DNA of 64,000 bases from Felis catus. Lineage: Eukaryota. The position numbers were made by a program, and so were the translations under genes. The stretch spans positions 167,030,001 through 167,094,000 of the forward strand of contig NC_058368.1 of the NCBI RefSeq assembly GCF_018350175.1. The letters run 5' to 3'. The notes beneath the pieces are model-generated. The model was given only the letters and a program-made list of their open reading frames with translations, searched no databases and was not told the origin of the DNA. Shown piece after piece: positions 37,717 through 49,969 of the stretch (its first letter is position 1; the number at the start of each line of letters is the position of its first letter).

Positions 37717-37930
37717 AAAAAAATTTTTAATGTTTATTTATTATTGAGAGACAGAGAGACACAGAGCGTAAGCAGGGGAGGGGCAGAGAGAGGAGACACA
37801 GAATCCGAAGCAGGCTCCAGGCTCTGACCTGTCAGCACAGAGCCCGACAATGGGCTCGAACTCACAAATTGTGAGATCATGACCCAAGCCGAAGTCAGTC
37901 GCTTAACCAACTGAGCCACCCAGGCGCCCC
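37717..37930 (-). mobile_element. CAN-SINE nested in the tail of the next SINE
   Basis: full element; atcttt...ttaattatt repeated on both sides. Confidence 0.95.
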
Positions 37931-37933
37931 ATC

Positions 37934-38151
37934 TTTTTTTTTTAATTATTTTTTAATGCTTGTTTATTTTTGAGAGAGAGAGAGAATGAACAGGGGAGGG
38001 GCAGAGAGACAGGGAGACACAGACTCTGAAGCAGGCTCTAGGTTCTGAGCTGTCAGCACAGAGCCCGGCGAGGGGCTTGAACCCACAAACTGTGACATCA
38101 TGACCTGAGCTGAAGTCAGATGCTCAATCAATTGAACAACCCAGGCACCCC
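37934..38151 (-). mobile_element. CAN-SINE
   Basis: outer TSD tccatMtccatatctttctt (37684, 38152). Confidence 0.95.
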
Positions 38152-38321
38152 TCCATATCCATATCTTTCTTAAAAACACTTTACTCTGAACGATTTCAAA
38201 CATACAGCTTACACTTACTGAGCAATTATAATGAACCAGCCAGTACTCTTAAGTACCTGAAAATAATTAACTTACTTAATAACTTTGGGATAATTTTTTG
38301 GGATAGAAAACATTTGTATTT

Positions 38322-38484
38322 CCTCATGTCAAGCAAGGAGCCTGTAAGATTCCCTTTTATCCTCCTTCTGCCCTTCTCTGCTAGCGCTCTCCCTCTCCAT
38401 ATATGAAATGAAATGAAATGAAATGAAATGAAATGAAATGAAATGAAATGAAATGAAATGAAATGAAATAAATAAAAATTTTAA
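38322..38484 (+). mobile_element. 5'-truncated CAN-SINE with (AAATG)12 tail
   Basis: ggagcctg..agattc + CT body; TSD agaaaaYatttgtattt. Confidence 0.8.
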
Positions 38485-39000
38485 AGAAAATATTTGTATT
38501 TACGTTAATAGATGAAGAAACAAGGACATATAGGATAGTTATTTGCAAAAATGTACACAGTTGGAATTGCAGAGCTCACATTTAAATGTAGGCTCTCTGT
38601 CGGCAGTACCCACACTCCTTACTCTGCCATTAAGCCTTCCAGTCCAAGGGATATATAACCAACTTCATTTTAGAGTTTATCCTATATGTAATTTTTTTTA
38701 ATTTAACATTTAATTTTTTATTTTATTTCTCACCTACCTTTCTTTTCATTATTTCTGCCTATTTGATGTTTTTCCTTCTTTTATTTCTTTGAGATTCCCA
38801 ATTATACTCAATTTCAAAGTTATGTAATTCTATAATTTTTAAAAATTTTTCTCTGCTGTAAATTCATCCTCCAATTGTTAATCTTGATATTGGCTCTCTT
38901 TTTGAGGTTAGCTTTCTTCATGGGTTTTTGAGTTTTTGTTTTCTTAGGTAAAATCACCTCAGAAGTATTTTTGCTTTTTGCAACATTCCTTTTATCCTCA

Positions 39001-39045
39001 CTCTCTTCCTCTCTCTCTCTCTCTCTCTCTCTCTCCCCTCTCTCT
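39001..39045 (+). repeat. (CT)n microsatellite
   Basis: directly visible. Confidence 0.92.
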
Positions 39046-40505
39046 TCATCCTACTCCCTTTTTCTCTCTACCTTCCCAACCCCTAATCTGCCCATCACTT
39101 TTGCCATCAAGACTAGGCCTTCTCTTCTATAAAGAAGAGACTCTCACTGAGTAGCTATGGTGACCTTATAGTAAGATTATATTAGAAACAAAATAGCTTG
39201 GGGAACCTCTCATTGCCCATACACATTTGTGTCCTAAAGCTTCAAAACTAAGATGCACAGCAAACCACATGAAGAATCTGAAAACTAGGGAAATGTGAGA
39301 ATGCTAATTATCTGACTTATAAAATGTAATTAGCACTCATTTCCCCCCAGATAGGATGTATTTGAGTAGATATGCTATATCCGATATGGAACATCTAATT
39401 TATGGGGCAAGATTTTCTTACCACATCTCCTTAGAGAAGATTAAATATCTATAAATGGGCTAGGCCTTTGGCTCCTGGACAAACTCTTGTTCTGAGTAAG
39501 AACAAAAGTTGGAGTAGACTTATATGGCATGAGCCATAATACCTTTTAATCATAAGAGTTTCCAGGAGTTGCTTTTCTTAAGGAAGAGCTATGAAGTGTG
39601 GCAAACACTCAGAGTTTTGTAGATACCACTTGACATACCTATCCCTGACCTCTTAATTTTGACTCACCTCTGAGTATATTTGATACATGTGTTTTAGTTT
39701 ATATTTGTATTAGTCACAATATCGTTATCCTCTTTAGTGCTGTGGGTTTACTCATCTATTCTGTACTTTCTCTAGATAAAGAAGTTTAGAAATTTCTAGC
39801 CAATAACAATTACTGACCACAAGACTAACTATATTCATTGTATTTCTGCTTTAAATCTACATAAATTTATTCCCTAAAATTTCACAACCAAAGCCATGGT
39901 ACAAGAAAAATGAAGGATTATATAATTAGCTGGTAAATGTACTAGGAACTAGGAAAATATAAGCATAAATATCAACTTTAATTTAAATCATCTAGATTGG
40001 CTAGGCTGAATGTCTGAACTTCCATATGTAACCTGCCCAAATTTATGGCTGTAGCTATGTGATATGAGGTACACATTTTCATAAAGGACCACAGACTTCT
40101 ATAGAACAAGGAAATGATTCTTTTGAAAGAAAACTAAAGGTACTTGTCTTATAAAAATAAATGTTGGGCCAAATGTTCATCCTTTATTATTCTCCCATAG
40201 GAGTTTTACAAGATGAGGATCTGGCATTTATTAGCAGGTCATTTGGGGGTCGGTGGCTGTGGGAACCCAGACTCTTTGTCTGCATTTTATCTTCACCATA
40301 TGATTTTGGTATGAGTATTTCAGTCTCATAAAGTATAGTATGTCATGAATATTTAATAATTACATTTTTTAAAATAACACAAATTAAATCACCTGTCTGT
40401 TATAATACTACACTATCAGTAAAGACCCATTTAATTTTTCATTAGGGATTTTAAAAATATTTTTGGTTTGAGCACTCATTTAGTTATGGGTAATACATGG
40501 GTACG

Positions 40506-40552
40506 TGTGTGTGTGTGTGTGTGTGTGTGTATACATGTGCATGTGTGTGTGT
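40506..40552 (+). repeat. interrupted (GT)n microsatellite
   Basis: directly visible. Confidence 0.93.
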
Positions 40553-41706
40553 ATCTGTATCACACTGTGCTATGAATGATTTCAACCACTGAATACGATT
40601 TTAATCTTTGTCTCCTTAGTTGGATATTTTAATATAAGTTGGATATTTTATATTCCATGTAAAATTTTAAATGGCTTTAAAAATAAATAATATAATGTAA
40701 GTATAAAATACACTTGCCAAACTGCTAGATAATCAGATAAGTCTACTGTAAAATATTCCCACTAAATTAAGAAATTCAGCCAAGTTTACTACAATAAAGT
40801 GGAAAGAAGAATCTATTGTTAGAATGATTTACCAAAGGCATGTAGAAACATCTATTTGAACTTTGTACTGCATTCAGTGCAACATGAGAAGGTGTGATTC
40901 CTGACATCTGGTAGCTTTGACAAAAAAATACACATCAATAGTATAAAGAAAATGTTAAGGCAATATAGAGATGAACACAAAATGGCATCTTGATAAAAAC
41001 ACAAGACTTGGGATAAGAGGAGCTACTGAATTCTGGTTTAACTGTGCGATGTTGGACAAGCCACAACCTTTCTTGATCCCAATTTCTTTATCTTTTAAAT
41101 AGTTCTTGGGATAATGTGTATAACATACATCTATAAACCTGTTACTCAGCCCCTTGTGCAGAGTGCCCCAGCCACTCTGATCTCCTTTCTGTTCCTCAAA
41201 AACACTAAGCACCTCTACCTGGGGCCTCTGGAGAAGCTCTTCCTATTTCCTGGAACATTTTTTCCCCAATCTTCATATAGACAACTGCCTCTCTTCCTTC
41301 AAATTTGGCTTAATATTCCCACATGCTCATGCTTCAAATCCATGGGAAGCTGGAAAAGCAGGTAGCCAGTGTCTCCACCTTTCATATGACAGACTGGCTC
41401 TGCCTCCTTTCAGGATCTGAAAGATGCAGAATTTCCTTGAGCAGAGAATATTAACAAACTTCCACGATAGGTTTAAGACACTGCAAAATCTCCCATTACC
41501 ACTCAACGTGATGGGCAAATTCAGAAATTTCTAAGAAATGAGTAATGGTCCATCAGGACACATCCAAAAAATAATAAAAACTTAAGAAAATAGAAGAATC
41601 AGTTAAAAGATCTTGAAAATTACTGTCTTCCCAGAGTATTGCTCTAGTCAATCATAAGAATAATTTATAGTGGCCAGGAAGACATAAGTTTCAAGGGAAG
41701 ATTATT

Positions 41707-42496
41707 TTTTTAATATGAAATTTATTGTCAAATTGGTTTCCATACAATAGCAGTGCTCATGCCAACAGGTGCCCTCCTCAATACCCATCACCCACCCTCC
41801 CCACCCTCCCACCCCCCATCAACCCTGTTTGTTCTCAGTTTTTAAAAGTCTCTTATGTTTTGGCTCCCTCTTTCTCTAAACTCTTTTTTTTTCTTCCCCT
41901 CCCCCATGGACTTATGTGAAGTTTCTCAGGACCCACATAAGAATGAAAACATATGGTATCTGTCTTTCTCTGTATGACTTATTTCACTCAGCATAACACT
42001 CTCCAGTTCCATCCACGTTGCTACAAAAGGCCATATTTCATTCTTTCTCATTGCCATGTAGTACTCCACTGTGTATATAAACCACAATTTCTTTATCCAT
42101 TCATCAGTTGATGGACATTTAGGCTCTTTTCATAATTTGGCTATTGTTGCAGCAATTTCTTATCTGACACATTCCCAAAGGCAAGGGAATTAAAAGCAAA
42201 AATGAACTATTGGGACCTCATGAAGATAAAAGGCTTCTGCACTGCAAAGGAAACAATCAACAAAATTAAAAAGTAACCAATGGAATGGGAAAAGATATTT
42301 GCAAATGACATATCAGACAAAGGGCTAGTATCCAAAATCTGGTAAGAGCTCACTAAACTCCACACCTGAAAAACAAATAATCCAGTGAAGAAATAGGCAG
42401 AAAACATGAATAGACACTTCTCTAAAGAAGACATCCAGATGGCCAACAGGCACATGAAAAGATGCTCAACGTCACTCCTCATTAGGGAGATACAAA
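41707..42496 (-). mobile_element. feline L1 insertion with 5' inversion (twin priming)
   Basis: 3'UTR on minus strand (41707-42149), ORF2 piece on plus strand (42150-42500), one TSD tcaagggaagattMtt. Confidence 0.93.
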
Positions 42497-43100
42497 TCAA
42501 GGGAAGATTCTTGACATCCAGGAAGTCATGTTGCTTTTATACAACTCAGGTCTTATTCTTTTGATTCTTTCCCTGCATATAATAGTTTGTGCTTTTGTTA
42601 GATTAGATCCATTTAAATTCTTCTCTTGAGTAAATTGGTTACTTTGTGAGTCTGTATTAGACAATAATTTAATTTCCTTTTATAGTGGCAGGAAAAACTT
42701 ATTGGGTACTAATTCCAATAAATTTTCCAATATTTTCTTTATATACATTATTTCTATTCTTTTCACAGTCCTTCTGGTTTTATTATCTCTGCTTTATGGA
42801 TGAGAAAACTGAGGTTGAAGGAGATAAAAATAATTGTCATATGGAATTGTAATTTCTGTACTACAATTAGTAATTTATCTGGAACTTACTGTGTGTTATC
42901 AGATGCAAGCATGATTTTTCCTTCTTCACCAGATTTTTCCCATATTTACCATATCAATGGGGTACACAAAAAGTGTAAAGGTAACTGGAAAGAGAAAAAT
43001 AAAATACAATTAGTAAGATCAAATGTAATTAGAGCATTTTTTGAAATTTTGTTTCTTTATTTTCCTTGACTCTAGTTTTTCCATTTTTATTCCAATTTTT

Positions 43101-43324
43101 CTAAAGTTTATTTATTATTTATTTATTTATTTATTTATTTATAGAAAGAGAGAGCACAAGAATGCAAAGCAGGGGCAGGAGAGGGTGAGACAGAGAATCC
43201 CAAGCATACTCCATACTGCCAGTGCAGAGCCCAATGCGGGTCTCGAGGTCAAAAACCATGAGATCATGACCTGAGCTGATATCAAGAGTCAGGTGCTTAA
43301 TCAACTGAGCTATCCAGAAGCCCC
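43101..43324 (-). mobile_element. CAN-SINE
   Basis: full element, (ATTT)n tail. Confidence 0.93.
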
Positions 43325-43544
43325 TCCAAGTTTTTAAAACTTAGTATATACGTATACTTCAGTGCCTCAGAACCTAAAAGGATTTGAGGCATTATATACT
43401 ATGAAATATGCAAGATATTAAACTATAAACTATGCAAGATACTAAATTATATTTTGTATAAAAGATACAAATAAAACACAAATTTACAATTCCTATGAGG
43501 GTAAAATACAACAGGATAAAAATATTTGTAAATTCTGGCAGGTA

Positions 43545-43740
43545 TATTATGGTATGATGTGAACATGATTTTTGGAGCCATTATGGCTTTGATTCAAAAT
43601 CAAGTGTCAAAACCTGTTTTCTTCTGTATAAAAATGAAACAATGCTAACTTTATAAGGTTGCTACAATTATTGCATGAGGCCACATATACAAAGCACCTA
43701 GCAGTGTCTAACACATAGCAGACACTGGATCATGATGGTT
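43545..43740 (+). mobile_element. MIR
   Basis: ttttggagcca...ctgttttcttctgtataaaaatg...aaagcacctagcagtgtct. Confidence 0.7.
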
Positions 43741-44360
43741 TCTGATTTGTTCTTGTGTGGCAATGGTGGCACATCCAGAATGTCTGAACTATCATTAAGC
43801 ACCAGAACCCAAATGCTACTATGCCACTATGCCTTTCATGTTCCATTTAAATCTACTCTCTGTTAAAGTAGGACAGTCTGACTCATGTGATGTTTTCTTT
43901 ATGTCAGAATCCTCTGCCTCTTCTTTGGGACCAGCACATTAATGTTTTTTGAGGCAATATCGTCTACCGCGCTCAGTCTGTACTGTTCAGCTAGGATGTC
44001 CACTTCTATCTTCAGTAGAAGTATGGCCACATGGGTCACATGACCGAAAATAGCCAATATGAGTTACGTGATTATTAAGAATGACCATGCAACCATAACT
44101 GGACCAGTGATTGCAAACTCAGGACTTTTGCTAGAACTAATAGGAAGGAAACACTCTTTCCACTGTGTTGTTAGACCGGTGGGATGAAAACACGAAGCCA
44201 TTATGGGCTACCATAAAAGGAGAACTTATCTTACAATGAAACTAAAGGAGTAAAGGTAATGGAGACAAACCGATATTTGATGGCATGGTTAAGTTTCAGG
44301 ATCCAGTTGTGTGTGAAGACAAGCCATACCTCAATTTTTTAAATTATGTGTGTGAGGCTT

Positions 44361-45322
44361 TGTGGCAGACAACTTTTTAAATGGCTCTCAATAATCCAAT
44401 TTTAGCAATCTAACTTTAGGAAGTTAGCAATAATTCAACTTTCAGGTATCCATTCCTTTATGTTGTCCCTTAGCGTGTGAGCTAATAACGTACTTCTAAA
44501 AAGCAGAGTAGGGCTGGAGGAATGGGATGCCCATTCTGTGATTAGGTTACAAAAGACCGTGACTTCTGACTTACTGGCATAGCGTCTCTACTGCCATCTA
44601 GGCTTTGAAGAAACGACTTGCTATGTGGGTGAGGCCAAGAAATAAGAAACTAGGGTAGGCATTCAAGGAGCTGAATATTGCCATCAACTACTGAGTGATC
44701 TCAGGATGCTGACTCAGGGAGCATCACCTTTCCTCAGCCTTTGGGCTACAGCTGGGTCTCCTACACCTGTCAGTGCTCGTGGAAACAGTCACCACCTAGT
44801 GAGACTGTCACTGGGGCTGAAGACACCGGGGAAGCTTTGGTGAGGATTGAGATTTGCTCGAAAATGGCACCAGACGGACCCGGTAGCAAGGGAGCCTACA
44901 GGAGCCAGGATACCCAGATGTGTCTCATCCCAGATAGCTCCCTCCGCCCCCACAGAACTACCGAGATCCCGAGATCCCACGAGATCCCACGAGATCCCGC
45001 GTTCTTCTGAAACAGCGTGTACTGAGGCGAATCCCGCCTGCTTCCGCCTTCGTCTTTGTGGGTGCTGACGCCAGCTCATCGCAGCCCGTCGTCTTCCTGA
45101 CTTGCTCTGTCCACCTGGGCTTACTTCACGCACACACGGATCCTCCGACTGCGTACCCTGAGCTAACACCTTGATTGCAGCCCTGTGAGAGATCATGAAG
45201 CAGGCGACTCAGGTAAGCCGTGTCCAGAACCCAACCCACAGAAACCCCGATAATAAATGAGCATCCTTTTACAAAGGTAAGTTTTGTGGCAGGGTGTTAC
45301 ATAGCGATAGGTAACTAAAACA
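44361..45322 (+). mobile_element. MaLR LTR (MLT1E/F-like) carrying a GC-rich insert
   Basis: TGTGGCAGAC start, gtgattaggttacaaaagac, caccttgattgcagccctgtgagag, cccacagaaac..ataataaatg, tgttacatagcgataggtaactaaaaCA end. Confidence 0.85.
44780..45250. promoter_or_regulatory. CpG-island-like putative promoter
   Basis: 22 CpGs counted in 44941-45240; YY1, SP1, ETS and CRE-like motifs; downstream splice donors. Confidence 0.55.
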
Positions 45323-46954
45323 ATCCATTTTAGTCATTTGCGATTGGATTTACAGCTCTGGCATCCAAGAGATTCCTGACAGCTAACATGGGAAATATTT
45401 TCTGTGAAGAAAGTAGCCGCAGGATTCAGCAGCATTAAGAAAAGATGAATTTTCAGAAACATACGCAGTGGCCCTGTAATTGTCTAAACAAGTGACATAA
45501 CGTGAATTCTTTAACAGAGTATTTTTTACTGTGTTCTTCACTTGAACCACAAAGGAGATCATCTTTAAACACAAAAAGTCTAAAAAGAGTTTAGGAATAG
45601 CTTAAAATGCACTTAAACGTTAAGTACTTTAAAAACTTTCTACAAAATGTGTAGGAACTAGCAAAGATGAAAAATTTTCCCAGAAGAGTGGCAAAAAAAA
45701 AAAAAAAAAAAACAAAAAACAAAAAAACAACCCACATTATTTTTCTGTAAGGAGTATTGAAAGAGTGAGTAGGAGAAAGACTGAACAAATTTTAGAGGTA
45801 GAAAATGGAAATTAAGGTGTTTTTTTTTTTTTCTTCTTTTTCTTACAGAATCAGAAAATCACTGCATAATAGGCTGAAAATAGTTTGTTTGATGTTGGGG
45901 ACATTTTGATGTAGAGAACGTTTATCAAAAGACTGAGTACAAATGACAAAGTAGAAATAGCACCTCAGCTGAAACATATAGATGAATCAAAAGTTTCACT
46001 GTAAGCAAGTTGTAAGTTGTATTTCAAGTCCTTACCACCAAAAGAGACCTAAAAAAATGTTTTAATCCAATCCAATTTGTATTCTAGGAAAGGAAACTGA
46101 GGCCCAGAGCAGTTGTGTTATTTTCAAAAGATCAATTAGTAAATACAGAACGAGAACGAGAATTGCTTTTATATCTTGAACTCCATGTCCATTTGTTTTA
46201 GAAATCATTCAACTATGTGTTATAGATATTAATAATTAACAGTGCCCTAGGAGCATTGAAGGTGAGGGCCACAGAGCTCCCAGTATTCTCCCATCACAGT
46301 ATCAGCCTTGTCGGGACAAACTGCACTGCCCTAAAAATCAAACCCAAGGAGGAAACTTGGACAGATTCTTCACCTCACCCTAATGCCATGAGACAAGCCC
46401 CATTACCCAACTCTGGGATCCGATTCAAAAGCACTGATAACACAGTAACAGTTGTCTATAACTAAGCTCTTGTGATAGGTTTAGTGCAATTTCTGACTTG
46501 TAAGGGCCCATGCCATAGTGGTGATTAGAAAAATACTGTGACTATTACCCTGGACTTCCTCCGGTGTGTCTCAGTGATCACAAGAAACGCTAAAACTCAG
46601 GCCTTCCTGTATGCCTCAGATTTTCCTCTTTATAATGCTCTTGATAGCTTCTGGTCTGGCCTAATTGTTGACTACTCCATGACTACAGAAACCTTTCGTT
46701 GTAATGTCTGGAACTCAGTCTGCCATTAGTAAAATGACCTCTCTCCTAAATCACTCCACCAAAGTTCCTTCCTTTTGGGGGTTCCTGGACCCAATTTCAA
46801 TGCAAGTGGGAAAGGGCAGTGAGGGGAAGGCTCCCCACACACCACCAACCAGTGCTCAGGACAGCAGCTAGCTGGGTGTCCTCCCATTCAACTCAATGCT
46901 GACACTGTCCACCTGGAGATAGCATCAGGTTCCACAGGTTAAAGGGTCAATTCT

Positions 46955-47156
46955 GGGGGGCTCAGTCAGTTAAGCGTTCCACTTCGGCTCTGGTCATGAT
47001 CTCGCAGTTCGTGAGTTCAAGACCTGCATTGGGCTCTGTGCTGACGGCACAGAGCCTGGAGCCTGCTTTGGATTCTTTGTCTCCCTCTCTCTCTGCCCCT
47101 CCCCTGCTCATGCTCTGTCTCTTTCCCTCTCTCAGAAATAAACATTAAAAAAAAAA
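46955..47156 (+). mobile_element. CAN-SINE (short deletion at 5' end)
   Basis: gggggg joined to ctcagtcagttaagc; rest complete. Confidence 0.94.
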
Positions 47157-47896
47157 GTTCAGTCTTAGAAGACTGCCCCCACCACCTCCTTCAGATGCCA
47201 CTCACAAGCACAGTTGTTACCTATGCTTCAAAATGATCTGCTAAAGATTGGAGGTTCCCACAACCTCCTCCTTGGACTTAAGATGCCAGTTGCAAGTCCA
47301 GGTTGTTACCTGTATTTCTTACCAACTGGTTATAAATCAGAGGTTTCCAAGACCCTCTCCTAGGGTGCGATAAATTTGGTAGAGTGTCTCACAGAACTCA
47401 GAGAAACACTTTACTTACTAGATTACGCGTTTATTATAAAAGAATAAAATTCAGAAACAGCCAAATTGAAGACATGCATAGGGCAATGGTATACGTCTGT
47501 GGGAAAGGGTGTGGAGCTTCCACGCCCTCTCTAGGCTTGCCACTCTCCCCACATCTTCATGTGTTCACTGACCTGGAAGCTCTCCGAACCCTGTCCTTTT
47601 GGGTTTCTAGGGAGATCTCATACATAGGCATGAATGATTAAACCATTGGCTGTTGGCAACTTATTCAAACGCCATCCCCTCTCCCCTCCCAGTGGTCAGA
47701 GGTCATTGACTAGGACTGAAAGTCCCAACCTTCTAATCACTTGGTGGGCTGCACTGGCAACCTTCTCTCAGGCTTAGGTGCTTTGCAAAAGTCATCCCAT
47801 TAACATAACAGAAGACACCTTTATTGCTCTCATTACTTAGAAAATTCCAGGGGTTTGGGGAGCTGTGAGCCAGGAACTGGATGAAGGCCAAATATA

Positions 47897-48220
47897 CAAC
47901 ATCCTTGAACACCATGGACCCACTTATACGGGGGTCCACTTACATGTAGATTTTTTTCAACAAATACAGTACTGTAAATGTATTTTCTTTTTCTTATTAC
48001 CTAATAGCATTTTCTTTTCTCCAGCTTACTTTGTTGTAGGAATACACTATATAATACACATACAAAATGTGTGTTAATTGACTTTATGTTATCAATAAGG
48101 CTTCTATTCAACAGTAGACTATTAGTAGTTATGTTTTTAGGGAATCAAAAGTTATACATGGATTTTTGACTGCCCGGGGAGTCAGTGCCCGTAACCTCCA
48201 CATTGTTCAAGGCCCAGCTG
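47897..48220 (+). mobile_element. Tigger2a-like non-autonomous TcMar transposon
   Basis: TA-flanked degenerate TIRs (ccttgaaca / tgttcaagg); gggtccacttac..gattttttcaa body. Confidence 0.88.
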
Positions 48221-48399
48221 TATACAAGAAATATATTTTGGTCATTTGAATCACCAAAAGTATATTTCTTACAAATCACAGTATCACGTGTTCCTTTTAA
48301 CTAACTTCTAACTTGGCTGACAATGAGGACATCATTTTTACTCCTTTCTGTCCCTGAGAGATAGATCATTATTCCTCCTTTCTCAAAAAAATCAAATCA

Positions 48400-49770
48400 A
48401 ATCATCTAGCTATGCTGAAGCTCAAACTATCTGAGTATAGCCTCCTTCTCCCCCCAGCTGTAGTCATCTTTCATCGTCCTAATCATCCCCCTCATTCACT
48501 CCCTCATCCTTACAGCCATGCTAACACAGCCTGAAATCCCAGGCTCTAACATTTAATCGTGATTCTTTTCCCGTATATACTCTCCACTCCTTCCTTCCCT
48601 CTCCCTCTAGCTTACACGTCTGACAATAAGCAATTGTGGGAGGCCTTATCTCACCGTTTATTCTTTACCTGCCCATGCAGCTGAACATTACTGGCCAAAA
48701 CCATAGCCATGCCAGGCTGATTGATCATACTTTAAATTTATGATCACAGATTTCACAGAGACTCTCAAACATTGCATTTCCCTGGTCACATTATCCTCTC
48801 TTATCCTCCAACATGTTTATCAACAATCAGAAGCTGTATGGCATATAGTTGCATTACCAAATTTACTAATATATAGCTGTATCCTAATCATATGGGTCCT
48901 TCCTGTTCCAATGGGTAGATTGTTTATACTTTTACCTAAGTGCAGTTCCTGTACATGCCCATTGGATCCCATTCTCTTTCCTCTATTTAATTATCTCCTT
49001 TAATTATCCTGTCTCTCCTGAAGCATCATAATTTTCATCTCTCTGTCGCAGATCATTCCCATTAATATGTAGGCAAGCTGAAATAATTCCATCTTAAAAA
49101 AGGAGAGTGGGAGGGCTGACTGCAGAGCCTGGGCACCATTCATTTATCAGTCACTTTTATTTGCAAAACTCCTTTAAAATCCTTAAAAGCTTTATCTGTT
49201 ACTCTGTCTCCTGTCTCAACTTCCTCAGTTCTCTTTCTCTCTTCACTCTGAAATGTCTCTCACACCCAAAACTCTTCTCAAGCTACATTCATCAAAATCA
49301 TTGTGCTGCTCCAAGTTACCTAATCCAGTGGTCAAGTCTTTGTCTTTATTTCACTTTGTCAACAGCATTTGACATTGCTGATTACCCTCTCCTTGAAACT
49401 GTTTCTTTAATGGGCTTCCAAGACAAAACCATTTCTTGCTTTTTCTCCTACTTTAGGGCCACCTTGTTTTCAGTTGCATTTGCCCAGTCCCTTTTTTTCT
49501 TTTCAATGTCCAAATGTTAAGGTACTCCACACTCTTCCTATCTCTATCTCTTATATCACAGGAACTCTCAACTAATCCTAAAGCTTCAAATAATAGCAAT
49601 ACCTGCACAACTCGCAGAAATATATTCTCAGCCTAGAACTCTCATCTGAACCCTAAACACATAGGTTCAGCCGAATTCTATTTTTCATTTTACTTTTTTA
49701 ATAGGCACCTAACCTTAACATACTCAAAATCAACTCCTCATTTCACTACCCCATATCTGAGACATTCCTT
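48400..49770 (+). mobile_element. L2 with RT-domain remnant
   Basis: LSTAFDIADYPLLETVSLMGFQDKTISCFFSY resembles L2 RT LSAAFDTVDHSLLLETLSSLGF. Confidence 0.82.
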
Positions 49771-49969
49771 CACGTCTTGGTAAATAACCTTACAACAATG
49801 TAGGCAGTTATGAGATGTTTAAATTTCATAAACCCACATAAATTGGGGATACTACATGGACCAGCTATTGTATAGTGCTTCTTTTCAACACATACACAGG
49901 GAGGGAGAGAGAATAAGAGAGAGAGTGTGAGTAAGCCATTAATATCCAAAAATAACGAAACAAGTAATT

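Larger units (their letters stand above)
43900..45388 (+). mobile_element. old MaLR LTR (MLT1J/K-like), split by a nested MLT1
   Basis: ggtcacatgacc..gccaat, caggacttttgct, ggatccagttgtg; 3' end ccaagagattcctgacagctaaca. Confidence 0.65.
46770..48287 (-). mobile_element. MER21-family LTR, interrupted by a SINE and a Tigger
   Basis: ctgggtgtcct..attcaactcaatgctgacact, acagaactcagagaaacac, ggaagctctccgaaccctgtccttttggg. Confidence 0.88.

Noticed and set aside
44865..44882. tggcaccagacggac as a retroviral primer-binding site
   Set aside because: Poor match to tRNA-Lys/Pro PBS and not directly after an LTR CA end.
44789..45196. 135-aa minus-strand ORF as a CDS
   Set aside because: It starts in MLT1 sequence, the GC-rich DNA is poor in stop codons, and no domain is recognisable.
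47185..47365. ~90-bp degenerate tandem duplication
   Set aside because: Lies within the MER21 LTR and is probably part of the element's own structure.
49107..49520. 137-aa ORF, the longest in the window
   Set aside because: Degenerate L2 reverse-transcriptase remnant.
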